A DNA stretch of 64,000 bases from Podarcis erhardii (lineage: Eukaryota). The stretch lies in the NCBI GenBank assembly GCA_964252035.1, contig OZ176202.1; one strand, written 5' to 3'. The notes under the pieces are model-generated. The model was not told where the DNA came from, ran no database searches, and was given only the letters and a program-made list of their open reading frames with translations. This document shows, piece after piece, positions 1-11,348 of this stretch; positions within the stretch are counted from its first letter, which is position 1; the number at the start of each line of letters is the position of its first letter. Made by a program: the position numbers and the translations under genes.

Positions 1-749
1 TTTCAATGGAGGTGAGGGTGGGGATGGTAACGTAAACCCCCTTTACAATCAATACAAATTGTCCAACAGCATCCATGCCAGGTGGATTGTCTCATTTCTT
101 TCTTTCTTGGAATAATGGATTGTCTTGCAATTTAATTCGCTAAAGCTTTAAGGTTCATCTTTCACCAAAGGTCTCACATGCTGCATTTAGTTATGGTTTC
201 CTCCGTTTGAAATGTACTTTTTATCCGGGATCAAACTGTCTTTCTGTTATAATGTCTTATAAATCTCCAAACTCAGTATTATTTATTGTTTAGCTACTGC
301 ATGGTTACTTTATTGAGTCTGAATGAATAAATCAGTTTTCCACATCTCTCTCTTCTGTCTGCTGATGTTTTGATTTGGTTTCTCTCCAAAAAGTCAGCAC
401 TTGATTGGAAAACCATCTCATGATGACCAGATCCCCACTTACAAATAAGTAATGGGGTTAGGGTCTTTTAGATATTGATTTCACACTGCTTATTTTAAGA
501 CAGGGCTATGCATTTTGTAAGGAACGTCTTTTTTAACAGAAAGAAGATAAATTAAGTGAGTAATATGAGGCAAGAATGCTGAATTATGGGTTTTGCACCC
601 TTACTGCATCTTTTTCAAAATGATTTAGGGTTTTAAATTAGGAAGAGCACAATTTAAAAATCAGGTTTCATAAAATCACCTACAATTAACAACATTTAAT
701 TAAAAAAATAAATACTAGAAGTCTAGTTAGGTGTATGCTTTGCATATAT

Positions 750-874
750 TAGGTGTGAGGAACCTTTGGCACTCCAGATTTTGTTGAACTACAACTCCTA
801 TCCTCCATGGCAATTGGCATGATGGGAGTTGTAGTTTGGCAACATCTGCAGGGCCAAAGGTTCCCCTGCACCTG
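750..874. mobile_element. Short hairpin-type hAT (Charlie-like) MITE
   Basis: Internal inverted repeat CTACAACTCC...GGGAGTTGTAG; ends AGGTGTGAGGAACC / GGTTCCCCTGCACCTG. Related cores near 13420, 26650, 28340, 31150, 31820, 38080, 53200 and 56810. Confidence 0.65.
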
Positions 875-1135
875 CCCTATACAAACCAGCATACTCAATC
901 CTTACCAGCAGGGCTGGTTGTTGGGCAGAGTGAAGAACCTGCCCCAGGTGGCAGGAATAAATTGTGAGATGTTGGAGAACAGAGCTGTGTGCATCACACA
1001 ACCTGCCCTAAGCTTACTAAACTAGCTTGTTGTCTTCAGGTGTAGTAGAAGATTCTCTCAACAGCAAGACTGGTCAGCTTTATACATGGAATGGAAGGGA
1101 GTTACCATCTTGTCCTTTGACTCAGAGATCAAAAG

Positions 1136-1338
1136 CAGACCCTCCAAGTGTCCAAGTCCTGGATTTTCAGAAGCCATCCCGGTTTCTGATTTGTCCTGGA
1201 ATGCCCCACTTTTCCTTAGGATGTCCCTATTTTCTTTGGAGAAATGTTGGAGGGTGTGGAATAGGATGTCCCTATTTTATTCAGAGGAAGGTTGGAAGGG
1301 ACATCTCTATTTTCATCTGAGAAATGTTGGAGGGTATG
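1136..1338. mobile_element. Non-autonomous DNA transposon (MITE) with TIRs CAGACCCTCCAA / TTGGAGGGTATG
   Basis: Inverted termini; three tandem subterminal units GGATGTCCCTATTTT...TTGGA(A/G)GG; same family at 11013-11348 and 25434-25561. Confidence 0.75.
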
Positions 1339-1385
1339 CAAGGCCTTTGGCCCACCCTGCCTGCCATATCCAGTTGTCACTGAAG

Positions 1386-1550
1386 CATAGAATCGTAGAA
1401 TTGTAGAGTTCGAAGGGACCCCAAGGGTCATCTAGTCCAACCCCATGCAATGCAGAAATCTCAGCTACAACATCCATGACAGATGACCAGCCAACCGCTG
1501 CTTTAAAACCTCCAAGGAAAGAGAGTCCACAACCTCCCGAGGGAGACAGT
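1386..1550 (-). mobile_element. CR1 LINE 3' end fragment
   Basis: Degenerate 8-bp CR1 tail CATAGAAT CGTAGAAT TGTAGAG (reverse of ATTCTATG) followed by typical CR1 3' UTR sequence. Confidence 0.8.
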
Positions 1551-1559
1551 TAAAGCAAG

Positions 1560-1690
1560 CCCAGGTAGAAGAGCCTGGAAAGATATCTCTGCCAGTCCTT
1601 GGAGATGTGTTGCAAGTCAGAGTAGACAACACTACAATAGATGGATCCATGGTCTGGTCTGAGTCCGTTTGAGGCAGCTTCATATCTTTC
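1560..1690 (+). mobile_element. Headless body of a tRNA-derived SINE (Squam2-like), degenerate
   Basis: Resembles the body and 3' half of the copy at 41600-41784 (...AGATGGATCCATGGTCTG...AGGCAGCTTC). Confidence 0.5.
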
Positions 1691-2345
1691 ATTTCATTTT
1701 GAAAACTCCTAATGGCATGCAACAGTCCCAATCCTGGTCTTTGTTAGGCACACTTCAAACTCACCCACATCATGTGCCATCACACCCCATCTTTTCCACT
1801 GAAATCAATGGGACTTAAAATTGGTTTGACTTAGATGGGATTCTGCCTTATGTGAACTTCTTGATTAAGGCAATGAATAGATTGATTATTTTACTGTATA
1901 GTCCTCCAACACAGAAGTTTTGTTCAATAGGGCTTACCTCAGAGTCAACGTGCCTAGGATTGTGCTCTAGTTTGTTTGTTTTAGTCAAAATAAACAGGGT
2001 CATTCCACACACAATTAAAAATAATGGAGGTAGGCAGAATGGTCCAAAAATATTCTCTGTCTGCAACATCAATTAATATTACAAGTAGTGGCACACCAAA
2101 AAAAAGGAAGTGTGGAGAGAAACAGTATAGAATCAAAAGTGGCAGATGTTCTCTCTGAGGAACATAAATTAAAACGGGAACCACTAATAGAGAGGGCTTC
2201 CTGGATCGTTGCAGGGGAAAATACATATTTATTAGTCCCAATAATGCTACCCACATAACACTGAGAGAATAAGAAGAGGCCACAAATCCACCCTGTACAT
2301 ATTGAGAAAAGAGCAGTTGTAAACACTAGAAAGATCAACCGTTTT

Positions 2346-2348
<3 letters not shown>

Positions 2349-2378
<30 letters not shown>
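2349..2378. repeat. (AC)15 microsatellite
   Basis: Perfect dinucleotide run read directly. Confidence 0.95.
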
Positions 2379-2383
<5 letters not shown>

Positions 2384-3654
2384 CACAAAATATGAAAACT
2401 TTTTGGAACTTCTGGAGGTGGCTTGCAAGAAGCATGGGGATCTTTGAAGAGCTAGTGCTCTTTCAGGACCATTGTGCCTACTTGATCCCCACCTGCTCAA
2501 CTTTTATCGATGCCTCAAAAAGAACACAATTTTCCAGTACCCTGACCACACAAGGAAAGCAACTCTCCTTCCTTCTGCATGGAGAGATGGGATGCATGAA
2601 ACAATATACATCCATTCTAAAGGACATTGTGGGATGTGCATGGTTAAATTTAGGTTTCTTTGCAATCTATATGCACTTCTAGCTGAAGGTGAACAATATT
2701 AAAAGATAGGCTGTTGTTTTTATGCAAAGAATGCTGCTATTTTCATTGTTAGCATTATTTTATTGGACCTTTTAAAAATTGTTATTTTTTCAGATGTTTC
2801 TATGTGCTGCTTGTATTTACTGGCAGTGCTAGATATTAATTATAGATAGGCTTGTTTTCCTAACTTTCTTGTAGAGTCCACAGACTTTTGAAAAGTTCCA
2901 GGAGAAACCTATTGAAAAAGATACCGTAATTGTTGGGATACTAAGACACCTTGGCTGGAATTTAAACAGATCCAGAACTAAGGTACTGTATTTGATTTTG
3001 GCTTCATTTTAAACTTTGATTCCCAATAGCTGTTTCTCATGACATCTGAATTTCCTTGATTCAAATTTCAGTGTAACTTTTAAAACCTTTTCTCCACAAT
3101 TACACCTTCCCAGCCACTTTCCCACAATATATTTACATTCCTTGTTTAAAACTGTACCAAACAAAACAGAGCGAAGATGATTTCCAGGTTCCTTTATTAG
3201 ATAAAATACACTACCAGTACCTCAACAATCTCTGACATCTTCTGCATAATTCCATAGTTTATGTGATAATGCTCTTCTGTTTTTTCTTCAGTGGGATGCA
3301 TGCTTCCAAATTCATTTCCTGTTAGAGAATATGCTGAGCTTTCCATAAAAGTAAGTGCAGCATTAACAATAAAATAAATATTCTCTTTAAAGGGTGCATT
3401 GTAGCATTGCCAGCTGCTAGCTGTTCGTTTCTTGGTTAGGCAGATGGTCATTAATTGTTCAGAGTAATTGATAGAGATCTTATGCATTGGAGCTAATTGT
3501 TTAAAAAAAGCTTTTCCTGCTAGGTGAGGAATCTTGTCTGTTTGAATGTTACACAAAGCAGAAACTGGGGAAGTCTTCAAACAATATGTAATTATTGACT
3601 TTTCCCCATTGTTTTGATGCTACTGTTACTTTTGAACTAAGTGGCGGGAAGGCA

Positions 3655-3855
3655 ATCAGTGTTTCTGTGCGCATTGGCACTCGTCATGGTGTCCCATTGT
3701 GCCAGAAGTGGTTTAGTCATGCTGGCCACATGACCCAGAAAAGCTGTCTGCGGACTAACACTGGTTCCCTAGGCCTAAAGCGAGATGAGCGCTGCACCCC
3801 ATAGTTGCCTTTGACTGGACTTAACCATCCAGGGCTCCTTTACCTTCACCTTTAC
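3655..3855 (-). mobile_element. Sauria SINE (Squam1-like), 5' part
   Basis: Reverse of the GTAAAGGT...GGTAAAGG head and the GGGTCATGTGGCCAGCATGACTAAACC core shared with copies at 14831, 20919 and 61977. Confidence 0.8.
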
Positions 3856-5087
3856 ATAAATTTGTTTCAAAGTTATATAAATAGTTACATCACTTACAAT
3901 AAATAGCAGGCAGCAAGAAGATGAATGCAGTATTTGGCAGGAACCGAACTGCAGTGGAATGGGAACAGCACTGATTGTGACGAATACAGCTCGGAATGAA
4001 AATTGCTGTCTTCTTACATGCCCCCCTAAACCTTCAGTGTGAGGTGGGCCATCTAAAAGACTATATGAATAAATATCAATTCATCAATGTCTTCTGTTTT
4101 GTTGGACTCTTTGGCTTATGTTTCTATTTCTTGCTGCTTAGCAATCTTTTCATGCTGATTTTATGCAGTCATCCATTAAATGAAAAATGTGCTGTGCTTT
4201 TCCAGTCTGTCATAATAGTTCTCAGCTGCTATAAAGATATCCACTATGACTGGCCATATCTTACGCACAAAGTTTAGTTTCCTGAGTTGGTTATCCATAA
4301 ATATAATTGAGTTTGTATGTGGTTGGCAGTTAACAATGCATCCTGTGACCTGGATCTAAAATTTTTCGGTTACATTGAATGTTCAGAATGCTTTTTTAAA
4401 AATTCAGTGCAGAATGTTGTGTGTGCCTTTAACATCTGTTTACAGCAAGGGTGGGGTACTGGATCCAGTTCATGGCCCCCTTTTTTTATAGGTGGGCAGG
4501 TCCTGTCAGTCATCCGACCTCATCTAACATCAAATGTCAAACTTCAAAGGAAGAATTGAGAGCATGCTGTAAGTGCATTCCTGGTACCTCCTTTCTTCAT
4601 TTGCAGTTGGGGCTGGCTTGAATCCAAGTAGAAACTGCAAAGATTCCTGCTGAAAGTGTGGCCCCTTTTTCTGCAGGGATCAGGAGCATATTGAGTAGAA
4701 TATCTAGCCACTGTGGTAAAGCAATGGAAGTGTAGGTGCTTTCCCAGCTACCTCATCCAGAATGCCTTGCTCTGAGGAAGGATGCCCCATGGCCCCATGG
4801 CCCTTCCTTGAAGTGAGTCTTAGAGGAGGGAAAGGTGGAAAGACCCATCATGCTAAGGAGAGCATCGGGAGAGGGGAGAGGAGAAAATGGGGTTGGTAGC
4901 TGCAGCAAAGTTAAGTGCAGATGAGAAGATGAAAGAGAACAACAGAGCCACCACCCACCTCAGAAAAGGCAACCTCTTGCCCTGGACAAGACAAGATCCA
5001 CAGCACTTTGAATACTATTTTGCAGTGGGTCTACAGGCATCCAGGAGGGATTTAAATTTAAATTTGTGGAGTAGAATCAGTCTAGAC

Positions 5088-5366
5088 AAGGGGCATAAAC
5101 CTCTGGCGCGGGGCCTGATTGAGGCCCTCCAGCCCTGTCTTTTCTACCCGGGCCATACCTGGCTAGAAAGTCTTCTTGAATTCTGGCAATACCTTTCACT
5201 TGTCCAGACGGAAGATAAACAGGAGTGAGTGTGTGTAGACATTGTTAGCCTACTGTACAAAGCTAAAATTTACATTCTTTGCTCTGCTTGCTTTTGCCTC
5301 TTGCCCCCCTGTCCCAGTATGTGGCCTGCACAAAGATTCCCAGAAGATAATGTGGCCCCACCCATG
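5088..5366. mobile_element. Old hAT-Charlie-like MITE
   Basis: Ends AAGGGGCATAAACC / CCCACCCATG; flanks GTCTAGAC (5080-5087) and GCCTAGTC (5367-5374), 6/8 identical, with the left flank matching the Charlie NTCTAGAN target preference. Confidence 0.55.
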
Positions 5367-5618
5367 GCCTAGTCACTGTTCTCACAAATGGAAACACAGT
5401 GTGTTTCGGTACAAAGTTGGTAGCTGTACTCTCCACTTCTGCAAGCTCCAATGTTATAGTTTTAACTCATATTTATTTTCTTTCTGTTTAGTTTCTGTAC
5501 ACTGCTTAAAGAAGATTATAGTTGAGTGCTATATTAATTGTTAAAATAAATAAATTAACTTAACTTTTCCTTCGGCACACTGGGTTTTTTCTCTTGGTGG
5601 AGCATGTTTGGTTGTTTC

Positions 5619-5665
5619 ATTGGCCAAACAGAGTATAAAGCTGTTTCTGCTTTCCCTCTCACATC
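5619..5665 (+). promoter_or_regulatory. Candidate Pol II core promoter (reverse CCAAT, TATAAA, Inr)
   Basis: ATTGG 5619-5623, TATAAA 5634-5639, TCACATC (YYANWYY) with A at 5661. Motif-only evidence. Confidence 0.25.
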
Positions 5666-6170
5666 CCTCTCAGCTAACCGCACACACTCGCTGTAGCTGC
5701 CATTAATTACCCTTCAGAAAGAAATCCCCAAACTAATTTTATCACATAGAAAACTGGCAAGCAGAAGTGTCTGTGTTATGGAACTGAAACAAGTGTGGCT
5801 TATGCAATCTCCATATGTGGTCTAGGCCAAAGCCAAAAACAAATGAACAGAAGGCAATTCAATAATCAACATGGATAACATGCTTTTTGGACTCTATTGT
5901 CTAAAATAAACATTCTAGGGCTGCACTGCTGGACATAGTTTAACATTGTGGGCTTTCCAAACTAATATAGTCCCTGGTTTGTAATATGCTGTAGCAGTTA
6001 GTGTACATAAATAAATGTCAGTGTCCAAAATTACTAATATTTTTAGCCAAAATCAGGTACATGCCAAATTTTCCTTTGAAAAACATTGTTCCATTTTTTA
6101 AAAATGAGGAATAAAGCTATAGAAGTGGGACGTTTGTGGCCAGTTTGCCCCCGCCCCCAATCTGGCAATT

Positions 6171-6265
6171 TAGGGTTGCCAAATGTCTGGGAAAATCCAG
6201 ACGTATGGCTACCCCTGTCAGCAGTGTCGTTTTTGCCGATTTCCCTGAAAAATATGGCAACCCTA
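6171..6265. mobile_element. Small hAT-type MITE with TIRs TAGGGTTGCCA / TGGCAACCCTA
   Basis: Perfect 11-bp inverted termini read directly; no clear TSD. Confidence 0.75.
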
Positions 6266-7311
6266 ATGCTTGCTACATTCAGGTAAAGTGGAAGGTGGTG
6301 TGCTGTTCAATATATTTTGCTGCCTGAAGCAAAGGACAAAATTGTGCATATCCAAATTCCATGTACAGAAGTCAGCAAGACTGGTACTTGAATCTTACTT
6401 CAACACTGGCCATGTTCTTGACATCACCTGAGGAGACTGTGCCATCTTGCCCTTCACCGCAGGCAGTAAACTGCCTTAGGTCGACCCTGAGTAGGTTGAA
6501 GGCCTAGCCCAATTTCTTATGGCTACAGAACCCACCATTGTTTGCAAGACTCATTCGCACTCACGCCAAGCCATGGGCCACACACAGGCTCCGTGGCTCT
6601 GTACCCACGCAGACACTTAAATGGTGTTTCCTTTAAAAATTATAATGCTGAATCAGATTCTCAGAGACTAACCAAAAAATATGCACAAACGCTACATTTT
6701 ATACTCTCAAGGCTCCATTTGGAACAGAGCTGTTGCATAGGCAGTGGCTGGTTGGAGGGGAAAGCGTACAACACTAAACAGCAATCATCCTATTTGACCA
6801 CAAAAGTATTCTTGGCTTCGTTCAATTGCTGATTGATTTAAGGGGTTTTTAAGGTTAATAAACCATGGTTGCATGTTATTATCTCTATAGTTCTTGCATT
6901 CAAACAAGGAGCAGCATTTAGCCATAGATTTATGATGATCATTCTAGTAATATAAAGGCTTCTTGTTTCTAGGGAACATTTGCTGCTGTAGAAAGGGAGA
7001 GCTCATTGCTAGTGCCTCAGCACTGCCACACTCAGACAGGAAATGGCTTCAGTCTATAATATGGAACAGCAGAAGATGTACAGTGAGGTGGAGGAGGAGA
7101 GGGAGAATTTCTTCATCTCAAGGACTGTTGATCTCATCAGCTACACAAGATGATTCACATGTATGCATAGTAAAAGGATCAGAGCATCCTTAAATTCTTT
7201 TTCAATTAAATTTGCTCACCTTTCCTGAGCTATTGTTTTTAGATTAGACAGGAGCCATAAAAGATTCTGATAGCTCAGAAGGAGGGAGGGACATGCATAC
7301 ATCTGAATTAA

Positions 7312-7430
7312 TAGAGCCTAAGAACAGTCCTGTTGGATCAGACCTGTTGGCTCATCTGCTCCAGCATCCTCTTCTCACAATGGCCAACCAGATGCATATG
7401 GAAAGACCACAAACAGGATCTGTGCACAAC
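7312..7430 (-). mobile_element. CR1-like 3' fragment (...GGATCAG...CATCTAGTCCAGCATCCT family)
   Basis: Same motif block recurs near 25600, 39660, 47460, 48330, 51945, 55710, 60320 and 61740. Confidence 0.6.
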
Positions 7431-8692
7431 ATAGAAGGACATGACACCCACACAGCTGCCTGAGGACGATGGATAAACATCATAAAAACAGGGGGTTGGA
7501 AGGAGTTCATATCTCACATCAACTTACTGCACATATCCATAATTCATGCTATAAACATTTATTTATTTGTTTATTGTCATACTACACTCAGAAGAAGGCA
7601 ATTGTGTGTAGGTATTTGGCCTTCCTCCATTTTCCCCATAAACACCCCTGTGAAGTGTGACCTAATGAGAATAATCCACCTATCATGTTATTATAGAATA
7701 CTAAAACCACAGTAATAGGAATTTAGGAACATGGCTTACAGTCAAATTATACTGAACCTTACACATGGAAATATGGGCACTGCACTGAATATTTATTTTT
7801 CTTACCCAATTCCACTATCAACGATCAGAAATGCCATTGCACCTCAAGATACCAGCTACAAAGTAATTGATATTCCTGTTCCCCAGTTTTCTATTATTCT
7901 GGGAATAGTGAAGAGAAAGAAAAGTCTTTGATTCGTTTCTAGCCCCACATTCCTCCAAAAAAAGGGGGGGTCTTGTGCACAAATCTGTATTTGCAAGATA
8001 CTCTCATCCATCTGTTAACCAAAGTCCTGGAAATTCAAGGAAACTCGTGTTTATGGAAATCTGGCATTTCTCTCTAGTTTTGAATGAGAGCTAAATAGAG
8101 CAGTTCATCTCACTGAAATGAAGGGCTTCTGCCAAGCGGTCTCTGCAATGTTGAGTTTTCTGGCACAAGTCAGCTTTGAGGAATTCATTTATGAGCTTGG
8201 TTAGCTAGAGATTCTGGAATTCAAATTTATGTCAAAGACTTAGTGGTTTATCCTGATAGACCTGATAGAAGAAATTGTAATCAATTTCCCAAAGTCGTAA
8301 TATGCAGAAGAGACAGCTAGACTGTTTCATGATTAGGTGGTTATTTTTGTTTTCCATTGGATGGGTTTTTTATTTAAAAAAAATGTTTTATGTGTAAATG
8401 CTATGTAAGGAATCACCTTTTCATATTTATGAGTGGGGAAAATATTTGCATTTGTGCTTCCAGAAGCATATTCCATAGGATGTAATTTATGCTGGATTGA
8501 AGAAAATAAATTTATTCATAGCCATAAAGTATGAAGATTGACATTTTAATTTTAATTTTTGCATTTATATCCCACCTTTCTTCCAAGAAGCTCAAGGAGC
8601 TGCACACACACTATTTTGATCCTCACAACAACCCTGTGAAATATTATCATTACTATTATTAGTATTACTAGATTTGTTACCTGCCCTTCACC

Positions 8693-8975
8693 AGAAGAAG
8701 AAGAAGAAGAAGAAGAAGAAGAAGAAGAGGAGGAGGAGTTTGGATTTGATATCCCGCCTTTCACTCCCTTTAAGGAGTCTCAAAGCGGCTAACATTCTCC
8801 TTTCCCTTCCTCCCCCACAACAAACACTCTGTGAGGTGAGTGGGGCTGAGAGACTTCAAAGAAGTGTGACTGGCCCAAGGTCACCCAGCAGCTGCATGTG
8901 GAGGAGCGGAGACTCGAACCCGGTTCTCCAGATTACGAGACTACAGCTCTTAACCACTACACCACACTGGCTCTC
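8693..8975 (-). mobile_element. MIR/Ther1-derived tRNA SINE (Squam3-like), full length
   Basis: Reverse of the GAGAGCCAGTGTGGTGTAGTGGTTAAGAGC head (A box) and CCGGGTTCGAGTC (B box), with a (CTT/CCT)n tail; near-identical to 41324-41577 and 55760-56019. Confidence 0.9.
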
Positions 8976-9089
8976 AGATGGGCTACAGCTATATAAAATA
9001 TGGCATTAAAAACTGTTTCAGACATATTACAATCACAGCTAAGGTGGGTCCTAAATATATTTCAGGTGTCAAAGGCCAGGATAAAGATG

Positions 9090-9400
9090 TACCTCTTCAG
9101 CATACTGTATTATGAAAACTGTACAATGAAGGTACTAGAGGAGGGAATTTCCCAATTTAGGGGCTGCCACAGAGGACACCCTCTCCCAGGCCGATACCCC
9201 ACAAACCTCTGAGGATGGTGGAACTACCAAGAGGACCCTACTGCTGATCTTAACATTCAATAGGGGCTGCAGGGAAAGAGGCAGTCTTTTGGATTTGTGG
9301 TGTGGACGTCACTCAGGGCTCCTAGCGCTAGTGTGAACACCTTGAATTGGGCTCGGAAGTGAACTGACAAGCAGTGCAGCTGGTTTAAAACAAGAGTTAT
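9090..9400 (-). mobile_element. Old L2 LINE 3' fragment
   Basis: Degenerate reverse similarity to the L2 3' segment at 29103-29430 (e.g. AACACCTTGAATTGGGCTCGGAA versus TTCCGAGCACAATTGAAAGTGTT). Confidence 0.5.
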
Positions 9401-10169
9401 ACAAAGGGAATCTGAGCCAGTAATCTAGCAGGTGCGTTTCAGACCGGTTGAATTTTCCAGATCAACTTCCCAGCAGCCCCCACCAATTGAACTGGCATTT
9501 TAAGTCTGAGGGGTAGTGATTGGCCCAAGGTGACCTACTCAAGGCCAACCCTACCATTAGGCAGAATGAGGTGAATACCTTAGGCTGCAAATGCTAAGAG
9601 ACAGAAATGGATGAGCAATACAGCCTGCCCTGTGTCCCCTACACTATCCTGGTTCCTTCAAGTAAGGCAGGGGGTGCTGTCCTATCACCAATGTCAAAGT
9701 AATACTCAGTTGCCAGCCCAATTGGCTTTTCTACATAGAATGTGGGAGGCATCATCTTGTCTTTTGCCTGAGGCAATGAAGTGCATTGGGCCAGCCCTGA
9801 ACTTCATTGCCAAAAGGAAATTTGAACCTCTAACAAGTTGGTGGGGGGCAATCCTATGGAGGTCTCAGAAATAAGTTCCATTGAGTTCAATGGCTCTCCC
9901 AGGTAAACCTAATGCTATAGTCCTTTATATACATTTACTTTGGGGGAAGCCCCATATAACTTAATGGGGCTGCCTTCTTAATAGGCTGTCATAAGATTGA
10001 GCAATAAATTGTATTATATTTCATCCAATGCCAAATATGAGTGTGTATAATTTAATTCCAAGGGCAAAAATCCTTTCTGGCTGCAAATCTACTGCTTTTC
10101 TTTCCAGAGAATTGAAAGTAATTTGGAAAGCTTTGCTATACATACATTTCTCTTGACCCATTTTTGCTG

Positions 10170-10655
10170 TGGGTCAAGCAGCTTTTGCCAGGTGTGTAGG
10201 TTTGTGGGGAGGGGAACCAAAACCTACAAAACACAGGCAAAAAACAACAACACAGGTTACCATTAAGATAACCAAGGAAGTGGTTCTGTGCCAGCTGAAA
10301 AATGGGTGGAGCCCCCTCCCTCAACTTGCTGGTAGTTGGAACGACAAAAGGGCCAGAGTTCAGAGTTGACTTATGTGAGCTAGAAGCTGGCAGGCTGCAG
10401 GTTGGCCAGCTGGAAGAGAGAGCTATGCCTGATTTCTGCTGGAATCCAAAGCTGTAGCTATGGGAGAAGCAAGACCCTCTTGGGATGCATGGACCCCTCC
10501 ATCATAGGCTCGGGTTGCATATATGTGTAAATAAGCTATATATCCTAAAGACACCACAGTCTCTTCTGTGCCTCATTCCCAAGCAAGCACAAACCCTAGG
10601 TAAGCACCCAGAATCCCTGGAATCTATCACCGCTTTGAGATTGGGGTGGTGTGCA
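10170..10655 (+). mobile_element. Probable solo LTR (Gypsy/ERV-like); 5' boundary approximate
   Basis: Shares the block CCTCCATC..A.GCTC.GG.T..ATATATGTGTAAATAA...AAAGACA.CACAGTCTC and the end GATTGGGG...CA with 16266-16823; no internal ORF. Confidence 0.5.
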
Positions 10656-11012
10656 GTAAACTAGGGAAGGATATATACAGGGCCATCCACAGATCATTCT
10701 GTTTTATTAGGTGTTCCATGATCCTTCCCCAATATTTGCTGACTAGAGGGACACTCTTGCACTATAGGGCAATGAAACTAGAACAAACAAACAAAAACAC
10801 CCCAAAACTCTGGAACATTTGAGGTACAAAAGGTTACAGGATTTCAGCAGGAAATTAAGGGACATTGAAAACAAAGCAGTATGTCTGCCCCCAAACTTTT
10901 GCGGGTGCAAGCAGGATTGAATGCGGAATCACATATTAGTGGCCTAAGACTATTATGAACAGAAATAATCATGGATGTGCAATAAAAAGGACTTCTGAAG
11001 GCGGACTGTATA

Positions 11013-11348
11013 CACACCCTCCAAATTCCCTATTTTCCAGGGACATCCCTCATTTAGAGAAGCCATCCTAGTTTCTGATATGATCCCGGAATGTCCCACT
11101 TTTCCTTAGGATGTCCCTATTTTAACTGGAGAAATGTCAGAAGGTACTGAGTTATCCAACCCCCAAGCGGGCTGAAGGCAATCCTGTATATGGAAGTTTT
11201 AAAAAATGTTTTATTATGTTTTTATATATGTTGGAAGCTGCCCAGAGTGGCTGGGGGAACCCAGTAAGATGTGTGGGGTATAAATAGTAAAATTATCATT
11301 ATGGAATGGGACGTCCCTATTTGCATTGGAGAAATGTTAGAGGGTATG
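11013..11348. mobile_element. MITE of the 1136 family containing an internal L2 3' tail
   Basis: Ends CACACCCTCC / GAGGGTATG; 7-bp flanking direct repeat CTGTATA (11006-11012, 11349-11355); 11172-11300 matches the L2 3' ends at 29385-29515 and 54610-54745. Confidence 0.75.

Noticed and set aside
2069-2500. 143-aa minus-strand ORF with CVCV repeat; also 22701-23134 and 52121-52423
   Set aside because: Microsatellite artefacts.
3197-3580. 127-aa minus-strand ORF; also the opposing ORFs at 37388-37853 and 40857-41282
   Set aside because: No recognisable motifs; ORFs of this length are expected a few times by chance in six frames of 64 kb.
8552-9009. Poly-Ser and poly-Lys ORFs; similar ORFs at 41346-41681 and 55684-56037
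   Set aside because: They are translations of the Squam3 SINE and its (CTT)n tail.
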